Shown: positions 24,435 through 35,867 of the stretch, one piece after another
Position numbering within the stretch: the stretch's first letter is position 1
Layout: each line of letters opens with the position of its first letter
Source of the DNA: Moniliella sp. 'wahieum'
Taxonomy: Eukaryota
Assembly: GCA_003971905.1 (NCBI GenBank)
Contig: RSEE01000038.1
Coordinates: 124,001 to 188,000 of the forward strand
Direction of reading: 5' to 3'
Length of the DNA: 64,000 nucleotides
The notes under the pieces: model-generated
What the model was told of the DNA's origin: nothing
The model's database searches: none
The model's input: the letters and a program-made list of their open reading frames with translations, nothing else
Position numbers and translations under genes: made by a program

Positions 24435-26653
24435 ATGACAAGCACCGAGCACACCACACTGCTGGTGAGGCGTCGACGCCTTCCCAGAATGCCGCAGCTG
24501 ACGCGCGTGCGGCATTGGCCAATGCTCAGCCGGGCACCACGGCTGACGAGACAGCCGTCTCGGACGACGCGGGCCCTGAGCTCGACAAGGCGCACTCGCG
24601 GACCAAGAGCCGCACTCGTAGCATTCTGCCGCTGCCATTCATGCTCTGCTCCGTCCCCGGTGACATGAGTAGTCGGGGTGCGCCTCCTGACTCGAAAATG
24701 GACATGGGGCGGGTTCCCACACCGTCCATGCCAGCTTCGACGCACGACGTCAGCACACCTGCGCCCGCATCCAACGAGGATGGCTCTCAGACCTCGGTCG
24801 CCAGCCGGGACGAGAAGGCCAACGAGGAGCCACAGGCGCCGCAGGAAAACACGGAAGACCCTGGTCTAACCGCCTTCCAGTACCCGAGGGCGAGTCAAGA
24901 TCCGTCATCCCGGCATCGGTTGAACGACTGCGGACTTACTACCCACACGAAATCAAGCGAATTGAGCACAAGAATGATCTGCTCAAGTCCAATACTGAAA
25001 AGGCAATTGAGGGCGAGGCACAGCTGCGGCCCAATGAAGAGGGAAAGATCGTGCTTACAGAGCGTGCTGGATACCTTGCCACGGGTTATTCCTTCCCCAC
25101 TTGGAAGAAGTGGATGACCCTTGCCTTTACCGCCTGATTCAAGTATCGATGAACTACAACACGTCGTGCTACTCCAATGCTGTCCCGGGGATTGTGGAAA
25201 AGTTCCATGTGAGCGCGCAGGCGGCCCGCGTGGGGCAAAATGATTTACTGGTTGCTTACAGTTCGGTGTGTGAATTGTGGGCCCCGTGGTCTGAGGATTC
25301 GGGAGGAAGCCATCTGCAATTGTCTTTGACCCTCGTCAACTGTGCGTACCAGTTCTCGTCTCCATTTTTCTGTATACGGTGAGCTGACACACGTCGCCGG
25401 CGATCAGGCTTTACCATCTTCGGCCGCCTTGGCACCTAATTCGGCTCGATTGTCGTGTCAGTGCGGTTTCTGCGGTCTCTCAGCTAATGGTGGTGTTACT
25501 CTCGCTGTTGTGGCCGACCTGTTTGAACCGGACGAGCAGCAGTATGCCCTGGCGTTATGGTGCTCCTTTCATGTTTCGTGTGTCGGAGGCGCCTTCATTG
25601 GTGGGTTCCTTGGCATCCCTGGTGTGCCGTTGATTTGGAACTTCTGGAGTCAGCTGTGCTTCAACGGCCTTACGAAACTCATGCACTTCTTTATTGTGCC
25701 GGAGACGCGTTCAACCATCCTCCTTGACCGTGAAGCGCGTCGCCGTCGCCGCCTGGGCGAGACCAACATCTGGGGGCCTGCTGAGGCCAAGGGAAGCATC
25801 AACTCAAGTCATGGCTACCCATTGGATCCGTCCTTTCGAGATGTTGGCGCGGGAGCCAATTGTGCTATTCTGCTCTCTGCTTTCTGGTTTAGCGACATGC
25901 TCATCTTCATTTCCAAGAAAGTTCGAGCTTGTCTTTGGCCAGTGGAATTTCACCACCGTCGAAGTCGGTCTCGCCTTCCTCTCAGTCATCGTTGCTACCT
26001 TCTTGCGTGGGCACTCTATCTCTCCTCGTTTTGATGGGAGCTCAAGCAGAGGAAATGGATCGCCATTCGCTCACACCCGAAGCTCGATTGAACTACTTAC
26101 TCTTCCTTTGTCCGTGGGAGACATTGGGCCTGTTTGGTTTTGCCTGGACCTCGCTGGGGCCCCCTAAGTCACACTGGATTGCACCGTTGATTTTTAGTGC
26201 GCTCATCCTCGATGGCCAACTACGCCATCTACTTTGCTACTGTTGACTACATGATTGCTGCCTATGGCCCTTACAGGTACGCTTCTATCTCTTTTCTGTT
26301 CATGAAAGGGGTTGACTGCACAATGACGACAGTGCGAGTGCTTGCGGTGGCAATGCGCTTGCGCGTGATTCCTCGCTGGGATTCTGCCATGTTCTCTGTG
26401 CCGATGTACGAAAAGATGGGTTACGAGTGGGCGACTACTTTGCTTGCCTTTGCTTCGATCCTCATCATCTTCCCCATTTACATTCTGTGGTGGAAAGGCG
26501 AGCATGTGCGCGAACGCTCCATCTTTGCCCAGATTTGGCTGCCGGGGGAGGGAGCGCAACGATGGTAAGAACGTTGACTTGGACGATGACGTCGAAGCGG
26601 GTACGGTCTACACGCGTAGGAGGGTGATTACGCCCACCGTGTCGGTGGCCTAG
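24435..26653 (+). CDS. MFS transporter, DHA1 drug/polyamine:H+ antiporter family (frameshifted; introns near 25345-25407 and 26277-26331)
   Basis: Long hydrophilic N-terminus, then WKKWM; IQVSMNYNTSCYSNAVPGIVEKFHVSAQAARVGQ; CELWAPWSED; GGVTLAVVADLFEPDEQQYA; VPETRSTILLDREARRRR; WIRPFEMLAREPIV; ANYAIYFATVDYMIAAYGPY; PMYEKMGYEWATTLLA. Confidence 0.9.
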
Positions 26654-27029
26654 TGTCCCATTCTTTTCCCTCAGCCATCCTTGGGTCCATTCAAATTTCA
26701 GGCTCAAGGGTTTCTTTGTAGCCTTGCGTTGCATTTGTTCTTCTTTCTGCTATGTATATCCGGCCTGCACATGGGCAGGCTGCTCGCCGTTGGACGTTGC
26801 ACACCATATCGATATCATATCGATTGTCTTCCAACCTATAATCGATGCTACGGAGTATTTCATTGATAAGCGTCGAGATAGAAGAGAAGGTCGAAACCCT
26901 GATGCTTGCCCACCAAATGTTTTTGTGCTCCAAATTCAGGCTGGGGTTTTGACAACCAAGGAAAATCACCAGCTGTTTCCAGCCTCCGCGCGAAGTTCGC
27001 GGTGGGCAGGTTCCAGTCAGCAGGTCAGC

Positions 27030-27585
27030 CTGGCTGAGAGGCTGAAGAGTGCTGAGACGCTGACGAATAGCTGAGTTACTGAGTAACTGACGACACTGAG
27101 TACGATTGACCGTACTGACCTGAGTGAGTGCAGTGGGAGTACTCAAATAGCGAGTATACGCTCAGCCGAGCTGAGTACTCAGACTGAGTTGAATGTTGAG
27201 CGTGGGTGTGATTCCACCGCGATGACTAACTCTCTAGTACAGAAACGCTTCGCCTTTCATCATCTAATGTGGCGTACTGGACCTTAGGCCTCTGAGATAT
27301 GAACTACAACGAGCGGAGCGAAGAGGTGGGGGTGGTGAAGGAAGAACAAACAAAAACGCTGTAGTAACGAGCGTTTGAGATGAGAGAGATTTGAAAAACT
27401 GCAATCGCTTTTTTTCATTTTGTGTTCAAGCATGCTTTCACTTGGTGCAGCTGGGTTAGTGCGCTGAGATGAGGATCCCTCGGCCTAAGCTGCCCCTGGC
27501 GGCCGCAGCGCGCATTAGGCACGGCCAACGTCCAACGCTGGTGGGGAGCGAGTTGAAGTTCAACGTTCAACGTTCACGTTCATTC
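27030..27585. repeat. Decayed TGA-periodic tract and AACGTT array between the MFS and GRR1-like genes
   Basis: Many ctgag/ctgac units at roughly 7-10 bp spacing (27030-27200), including ctgagtactcag; AACGTT-C-AACGTT at 27562-27574. Confidence 0.65.
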
Positions 27586-28111
27586 AGCAACCTAAAACTT
27601 GTGATGTGTTGCGCGTTACTTTGGTGTGGCATGTGGTGTTGGCATTGTTGCGCGTGGGGGGTGGATAGGTAGACAACAAGGGACTGGAGGGTGAAATGTG
27701 AAATGTGATGTGTGGATGTGCGATCTGCGATGGGTCAGCAGGTTTGCCGCTGCGGTGGCAGCTGCCCAGTGCGAGCAGGCACCAACGCAGCCCCACGCAT
27801 CCACTCCGTCAGGGGGTTGATGCCATGGCACGTGACCAGTGACCAGGGGCCGGTGACTGGGGCAGTGGGTGGGCGGGGCCCGGCGCAGGAGCAGTGTGCT
27901 GCTGGGTGGCACTGGTGGTGGCGGCGGCCTGCGTGGGGCGGCGCTGGCTGGGCAAGGCCCGGCAGACGCCGTCATGCATGCACATGCATGCCCATCACGC
28001 GTCAGTGACGCAGGTACGATGCATGTTACGCAGCCGCCGCTGCTCTCCGCCGCCCGACCTGCTCTGCCCCTCTCGCCACCCCCGGACTCCACCTCCCTCC
28101 ATCCCCTCGCC

Positions 28112-31100
28112 ATGGACGCCCCGCCGCTCCGCTCGCCCTTCCACCCACTGCGAACGCCTCCCCTTTCGGCATCTCTCTCACGGCCTGCCCGCCCCCACGA
28201 CCTTGCCACCACCGCTTTCGATTCGCCCGATGCTCAAGACCCGGATGCCTTGCGTACCCCGCTCCTCACGCGCAGAGACACCCTCGTCCCCTCGTCTTCC
28301 TCGCGTCCAGGGCCCTGGGCCCATGCCACCTCCTCCACCGAGCCTCAGAGTATCGTAGATACCAGTACCTTTCCCGCCCTGTTGTCGCTGCCGAGCTCAT
28401 CCGCAACTCCCCTATCGGCCGACTGGGGCCCCAGTGGTGCCAGCTCGATCGGCACACCTCGACCTCGTCAGTCGCGACCTCAGAACCAGGGTCTCTCTGT
28501 CATTGGCACTCTGTCCCGCTCGTCTTCTCTGTCCCGTTCCCGTTCAACCTCGCCTCCTCCTTCAGCCTCTTCCGCTTTTGCCTCCGCCCAATCCACGTCT
28601 GCCTCTTGGCGCGATGACGAGGACCAGATATCTGCCGACGAGAGCGAAGAGGGAGATGAGCATCAGCTTAAGATACCCCACTGTTCGCTTCCGTCGGAGA
28701 ATGAAACTGCGCCCAAGACAACCTTCGCCACACTCCCTCACGAGATCTTGCTTCAGGTTCTCCGGTATGTCCAGGCCAACGGTCCAGCCGACCTGACAGA
28801 GTGTTTGGTCGTCAACCATCGATGGTGCTATGCTGGGCTCGAGCTTCTCTGGTACAAACAAACCATTTCACTCTCCACGTGTGTTTGACCGTATGGTTGC
28901 GACCTTGGCTCGCTCCACCGGGCAGGCTTTGTCCCCGTCTTTCCAGTCATCCCTCGCGATCCTTCAACTCTCGGATCACTCCACTGGCGGCGTACCTGCC
29001 GCCGAAAATCCTGTGTCGGACAGTATGGCGGATACACCGACGGCTTGTCTGTGTCTATAGAACCAGCTGCCGCGGAACCAGCAGTTTCTGATGCCAACAC
29101 CCTACTTCCGCCACCACCATCGTTGGACTTCATTTCGTCCTCCTCCACCTCATCGCTCACCTCTGCCTTTGCTTCCGTCGCTTCTCGCAGAGCAAGATGG
29201 GGAGTCTGGACAACCTGGTACCATGTTCCCCTACCACGAATATGTGCGAAGGATCAATTGCTGTCTGATTAGCAAGGACCTAGTGGGTCCTCGGGCCGAG
29301 GTGTTGCGCGCACTCGCGCATTGCAGCCAATTGGAAAGGCTGACCTTGGCAGGGGCCAAACACCTGCCCGACGATGTCTTGCGCGATGTGCTTCCTCGTT
29401 GCACTTCCATGGTCGCCATCGACCTGACGGACGTGGCTGAGCTGAAGGACGAAACGCTCGAGGCGATCGCCAAGGCTTGTCCCCACCTCCAGGGCATCAA
29501 CCTCACCAACTGTACCGATATTTCAAGCAACGGTGTCGTTTCCCTTGCTCTACATTGCTCCCTTCTCCGTCGCGTTAAACTTGGCAACTGTACTTTGGTC
29601 GATAATCGTGCTGTTGTTGCCCTTGCGCGACACTGTCGCCATCTTTTGGAGATTGATCTTACGGGGTGTATCGAAGTCTCAGACGAGGGGTTGGCGGCCA
29701 TCTGGCGACACACTCACATCCTTCGCGAGCTCAAGCTCACAGGCTGTGTGCAACTCACTTCTTTTGGCTTTCCGGCCCACAACGCTGGCCTCATGCGCCG
29801 CACTAACATTCTTCCCAACGGCATCATCCTCGACAATGAACGGGAGGATGACGCTGCCCAAGCCGGGATAGGTGATATGTCCCAGGTGGCACTCCTTGAT
29901 GTGGATGACGTGACACACGAGGAGGATATGTACAACTCGCCACTATCATCTCTGCCAGCTTCACACTCTCCCGCTCCAACCGCGCCCGAGGTTTCGACTC
30001 AGATGGCGGTGCGCCTCCCACCACCTGCTCACATGGTGCTCCCTCCCAGGCCACCACGTATCTTTGAGCAGCTCCGGATCCTCGACTTGGGCAACTGCAA
30101 CCAGATCACAGACTCTGCCATTGAGGGGATCGTTAACCACTCTCCCAAATTGCGGAATCTGGTCCTGTCGAAATGTTCGCTCCTGACCGACGATGCCATC
30201 TACGCCATATCTCGCTTGGGAAAAACCTTCACTACCTCCATTTGGGCCGGTGTGAAAAGTACGTTTCTGTGTCGCCACCGAGTTGCCCGTTGTCCTACGA
30301 TGCTGACTATGCATGACTCTTACTCTTACTCTTAGGATCACGGACCGGGGTGTCAAGTTCCTGGTGCGCAGTTGCACTCGATTGCGATACATCGACCTGG
30401 CCTATTGTCCTGGCCTGACAGATGCTGCGATTCGGGAGATTGGCTTGAGTCTACCCAAGCTACGTCGGATTGGACTTGTCAAGGTGCAAGGACTGACTGA
30501 CGCTTCGCTCATCTCGCTTGTCGAACGACACACTTCACTAGAACGGATTCACTTGTCGTATTGCGAGCGCCTTACTGTCCCAGGGGTGTATTATGCTGTG
30601 CTCAAGCTCAACAAGCTCACTCACTTGTCGCTTACAGGCGTGCCGGCGTTCCGCAAAAAGGAATTGCAGCGTATGTGCCGTGCTCCCCCACCCGAGTTCA
30701 ATGAGCATCAGCGTTCCACACGTTCTGTGTCTATTCTGGCCGTGGGGTGCACGCCCTGAGAGATTACCTCTCGGTTCTTTACCTCATTTGGCGGCGAATG
30801 CTCCACCCCACCGAGCCGGCGGGGCTGCGCCCCCGTCTACCAGTTCACAACATCTGTACGTCGAGGCAGCAGCTGCATGCCATGCGGTCAACGTAATGCT
30901 ACCCCAAGATGGGGAGCGAGCTGAAGACGCATATGCCCGTGCGGCAACCCAGGCGGCCGTGACGCTCGGAGTGGGACACATGCCCATTCCCTCTTCGCAG
31001 GGCATGCAGGCCCTCCCGGCCTCCCAGGCGCGTACGCCCGAAATGGCCGACCCGAGCACGATGGAACTCGTGATGGAAACTCTCCATCCGTCCGACCCGC

Positions 31101-31458
31101 AATCCCGCTCGCTCAATGGCTTTCGTCGTCTAACTGTATCTATGGAAGCTTTGTCCGACTGAGTATGAGTCTCGAGCAGGGAGGCTTATTTACCCGCCGC
31201 GGGCCGAGCCACACCTGGATCGGGGAAGAAGACGGACCAGCGTGGGGTCCATTGGACTACACCCAAGCACAGGCACGCGAACCTGCGGACGCGATCCCCT
31301 TGCCCGGACAGCTGCTCGACCCGTCCTTGACACATGTCGAGCGGCGGATGGACCGGCTAGATCTGGACGAGTGGGAAACTGTGCCGATTGTCGAGAGGAC
31401 CAACTTGCGTCCCACTTTCCTTCCTGGCTTAACCGCAAGACAGGCCCAACAGCTCTGA
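28112..31458 (+). CDS. GRR1: F-box / leucine-rich-repeat SCF substrate adaptor, Grr1-like
   Basis: F-box FATLPHEILLQVLRYV..DLTECLVVNHRWCYAGLELLWYK; FPYHEYVRRIN; cysteine-containing LRRs (CSQLERLTLAG, CPHLQGINLTNC, FEQLRILDLGNCNQITDSAIEGIV, PKLRNLVLSKCSLLTD, CTRLRYIDLAYC, LERIHLSYCE, LTHLSLTGVPAF); CRAPPPEFNEHQR; intron 30259-30335. Start and end approximate. Confidence 0.92.
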
Positions 31459-32479
31459 CCCACTTAGGCTGCGACCCACCGCGTCGCCTATCCAGTCGCG
31501 CGCAGCGCAGTGGGCGCTCGACCCCGATTTGATCGCACGGCTCGACCGTGTGTTGCAGGGAGAACGCCCACTCCCGCACCCTCGCTAGCTAACCCGCCTT
31601 CCGCATTCAGCATTCCCACCATCTTGTCCTCCTTTTTGTTCGGCATTCCCTCTCTGTCCCCGTACCCATGTCACGGGCGCCACATCTCTGGCAACGATTC
31701 TTCATCTTCCCCCCACATACTTTTTGTCAACCGCTCATTCCCTCCTCTCAGCCCTGTGTCCCATGTTTCGCGCCTCCCATGCTGTCGCTACCCGGTTTTG
31801 CTAGGTGCCTATTCGACGTTCGTTGGACTTTGGCCTGCCAGCAGGATCCTCGCAACCATCCTACCTGATTTGTATGCCGCAGTTTTAGCGATGCATGCCA
31901 TCCTCTCTTTGGTTTAGAAGGGCCGTACGGCATCCATTCTTGAAGCAGCTTGGCTCGGGTATGCTCCCTGGTCCCGTAGATGGTGCATGTATGTATCGTA
32001 GGCGCTATCCTCTGTACTATACACGCGCAGGCTTGGCTCAGACGTACCGATAAGCACTGGGTTACATTGCTTGCCACCCCACTTGACGTGGGAAGCGTTC
32101 TATATCATGAGGCTCGGGCGTGCGGCATGATGCGGGTGCTGGACCGCTTGCGTCAGAAGGACAAGCAGCGATGTGGGTACAGCACCACGGGTGGTGCCCA
32201 GGCCTGCCGAGCACAGCGAAATGGTTGTTGTATAGACCGCATGGAAGAAGAATTGGGGCATATGGCGGCCATTTCGGCCATACCTGTAGTCCATGTCACC
32301 GTTTGGCACGTGCACTCGGGCACACATGCTCAGCTGAGCATGCCTCGGTGAGGCAGACGGGCGAGGCCACCGACCCGCCGTCGACGCCAAGTCTGGTTCC
32401 GCGGTGGGTCTTCGTCCGTAGGGCCAGTGGGGGGCAGCCGCAGGTAGCAAGCAGTTGGAAACAGCTGATTACGTACCAT

Positions 32480-33160
32480 GGTGACGCGCTGAGCGGCTGA
32501 GCGGCTGAGCGCGCTGACGCGTGACGGCAGGCAGCCCAAGGCAGCGCGGTGCGTGGCGGGGTGCAGGAGGTGCCGGTGCTGGGCAGCGCTGGGCGCTGGG
32601 CAGCATGTGTGGCTTGTTTGGATGCAGAAGCGCACAGTCGGAGCCAGGCGCTTGCTGTGCTCGGAGCAGCCAGTGATCGATCGGATCGATGTCGGTGATC
32701 GCCAACCTGGCTTGTTTGGTACGTTTGCCACACCTTCCTTCGCCCCTGGACAGGTGGAGCCAACCCTAGGGCCCCCTTTTTTTCTTAGGAGAGAGCGGGT
32801 ACGGGGGCAGTGGTTCGGAGTGCGACTGCGTTGCCGCGCTGCCGCAGCTGAAGTAGTGCCTTGTCAGCGCATGTCAGCCATGTCAGCAGCGCTCTGCTTG
32901 ACATTAGGTGCAGGTCACTGATGCGTGACGAGGTCACAGGATCACTGATCATCGATCATTTGATCATAGAACACGGCACACGTCACCGGGTCACCAACAC
33001 ACCACTAGCACTAGTCACTATATCACTATTGGACAAGGTCACCGGTCATCGATCATCCGGTAACCCGGTCGCATGTCTGTCACATACAACAGCGCTTAGG
33101 CTGAGCTGTTCAATGAACCTGGGCGCCTCAGCGCCTGAGCGCCTGAACGCTGATACTCGG
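32480..33160. repeat. Palindromic heptamer-register field upstream of the RRM gene
   Basis: gctgagcggctgagcggctgagcgcgctgacgcgtgac (32488-32525); tgatcatcgatca (about 32946-32958); cactagcactagtcac; ACCGGT-C-ATCGAT (33041-33053); cagcgcctgagcgcctgaac. Confidence 0.8.
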
Positions 33161-33464
33161 TACCGGAGGATGGCGGCAAGCACCCCAAAGGGCGCCCCCC
33201 CCCCCCCCAGCGCGCCAGTGTGTATGTGCGGTGGCAGGGCAAGCGCCAGGCCAGGGCGCTGTGTGGCGAGGGGCAAATGGCCAGTGACGCGCACGGGTGG
33301 CTGGCCTGCGCTCGCTTCGCCGTCCATGTCAACGGCGATCTGCGCTTCCCCTTGGGCCATCGCATCCCCACCACCACCACCACCTCCCCCTCCTCCTCCC
33401 CCTCTCTCCCCCCCTCTCTCCGCTGCCTCGGTTTCTGCCACGACTGCACGCATGAACATGAGCA

Positions 33465-35867
33465 ATGCCCACTGCCCTGCCTCCGCCCTCACCCACGCCC
33501 ACGCCCCTACCCCCTTCCTCACTCGCCTCGGCTGCGAGCTCTGTCGCCAGCGTGAGTGTGACAGAGGCAACACCCACTGCCACGTGTGCCCCACTCCCCC
33601 TCAGTGCTGCGAGCAGCGCTACCAACCTCGGCCTCGCCAGCCCCCACTTTGCTACTGCCATGTCCTCCACGAACCCCTCCTCCACCTCCTTCGCCCATTT
33701 CGCTCATCCGCTCAGCATTCATCCGCCCGCTCCCCTCACCCCGCAGGCCTCGGCAGCTGTGTCGGCGGCAACTGCTGCCGCCGCTGTCCTTCCCCTCCTG
33801 AATCCCGCTATCCTTACGATAATGAGTACAGCATCTTTGTTGGCGACTTGGCGCCTACGCTCCGTGAAGAAGACCTTGTTGCTCAGTTCATCCACCCGCC
33901 GCCTTGGCCTCCGCGCCACCCTCTTGCCCTTACTGCCCAGCAGCACCGCCTTGATGGCCATGCTCGCTGCGGCCCCGCCCCGTTTCACTCTACCAAGGGC
34001 GCTAAGGTATGTCCCCACCACCAAACACCCTTCTTTCATGAAAAAACTCCAGTGTGCAGAACTGACCATTCCCAGATCATGACCGACCCTTTGACGCAAC
34101 AATCGCGTGGCTTCGGCTTTGTCCGTTTTTACGACCAACGTGACGCCCAACGCGCGCTCATTGAAATGCAAGGCGTCTACATCCAACCCCTCGACGGCTC
34201 TACCGCCGCACGCCCCCTTCGCGTATCCCCTGCCACTCCTAAGAAGCATCATCACATCCCTTTCACCCCGCTGCCTACCCCTTACCCTCCCCCGCAGTCT
34301 GACGCCTACGGACAGGATCCTCGTCTTCTTCCCAATGAACTGGCCGGGTCGGGTACGGTCTCACCGCCGACCATGGCAGCACAGTCTTCTCTTGCTTCCG
34401 TTTTGGATCGGGTGGAACAAGAGCGTCCAACCCTTGAACGTTTGGTTTCCCATGCCGATACCGCAAGCGCACTTGACCCCAACAACGCTACTGTTTTTGT
34501 CGGCGGTTTGAGCGCCGCCGTGAGCGAAGAGACGTTGCATACACTCTTCTCTCCATTCGGTGAGATTGTCTATGTCAAGATTCCGCGAGGCAAGGGATGT
34601 GGCTTTGTGCTTTCGCGCGCAAGAAAGATGCTCAGCAGGCCATCGATCGTATGGCTGGTTTCCCTCTCCAGGGATCCTATATCCGCCTGTCCTGGGGCCG
34701 GTCCCAATCGGACAAGGCAGCAGCCGGTGCGGCCGCGGTCAAGGCAGCTCAGTTGCATGCCCAGACTCAGACTCGTCTTTTGCACCATCGCTTGGCCCTC
34801 GCCCAGACCCAGGCGCAAGGGGGAGGCGAAGCGCAGATGCAGATGCCTGGCCTGCCCGGCTTAGCCACCCCCCTCTCTCAACCAGATCGCACAGCATGAA
34901 CAGCTCCAGGCTCAGGCTAACCAGGTGAGCCAAGTTGTCCCGCTGGAGCGAGACCATGCGCCCTGGCCCACGCACATATCACACGACAGCGATGGTTGGT
35001 ACGCCCGCGTTCCCAGCCCTTCCCCTCCTCGCAGTTCGGGCCCGGAGCCACCCTCGACGAGCCTGTCTGGTTTGTCGACACAGCAGGAACAAGCACTGCG
35101 TGAGGCCTTAAGCGATCCCACCCTTCGCGAGCAAATCCTGCGGAACCCTACCCTTGTCCCACGCTTGATGGGCTTGGGGTCTGCTGCGGAGAAGCGCGGC
35201 AGCAGCCCGCCCCACCAGATACCCAATCCGCCTCTGAATGGGCCCGATGGACTCAACTCGTCCCACCTCGGTGCACTGCCAGAGTACCTGCGGGATGCAT
35301 ACATGGACGACGGCCGGATGCCGCCGCGCGAACGTATGCTGGGCCCAACTAGTCTCGCTTTCTTTGGCTACACGGACCCCCGCGCTCGCATACATCGACA
35401 GCATCGGGGGTTTCCTTGGCCCCCAGTTTATCGCAATTGTCGCATCACTCGTCCCTTTCGCATTCCCTTTCCACCACTCTTTCTCGCCCACATTGGATTT
35501 CGAGGTTGATCTTACCTCGCTTCCTGGGAAAGAGTACGACAGCCATGAATGGGAGCGGGAGCGGGAGCAACGTTGGGCCCGTGACCGCGCCACGAGCGTC
35601 GCATCGATTCACAGTTACCCTCGTCCTGCCGAGGACTATCGCGACCACAGAGACTTTGGTCGTGACGATCAACGCTTGAGTGCGGTACCCGGTGCACCCA
35701 GTGCTTCGGCACTGCGCACGATGCAGCTGGAACACTATGCCCGCCTTGTCCATGGGCGTGCAGAAGCACCCTTTATTCGCTCGGACGCGCCGGGCCATCG
35801 TGCCTCGGCATCTTTGACGAGCCCCCATCCGACGCGAAGCGCGGGTACTTCCTTGATTCGCCCGTGA
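33465..35867 (+). CDS. RNA-binding protein, Nam8/Ngr1/Csx1 (TIA-1-related) family
   Basis: EYSIFVGDL..AK|IMTDPLTQQSRGFGFVRF...QRALIEMQG..RPLRVSPATPK (family RRM2), and DPNNATVFVGGL..FGEIVYVKIPRGKGCGFV..AIDRMAGFPLQGSYIRLSWGRSQ (family RRM3). Intron 34007-34075. Long low-complexity tails; ends approximate. Confidence 0.88.

Noticed and set aside
32861..33460. N-terminal ~200 aa of the 667-aa ORF 32861-34864
   Set aside because: It translates the palindrome field and G/C-rich leader, is open by chance in GC-rich DNA, and has no protein-like composition before the RRM.
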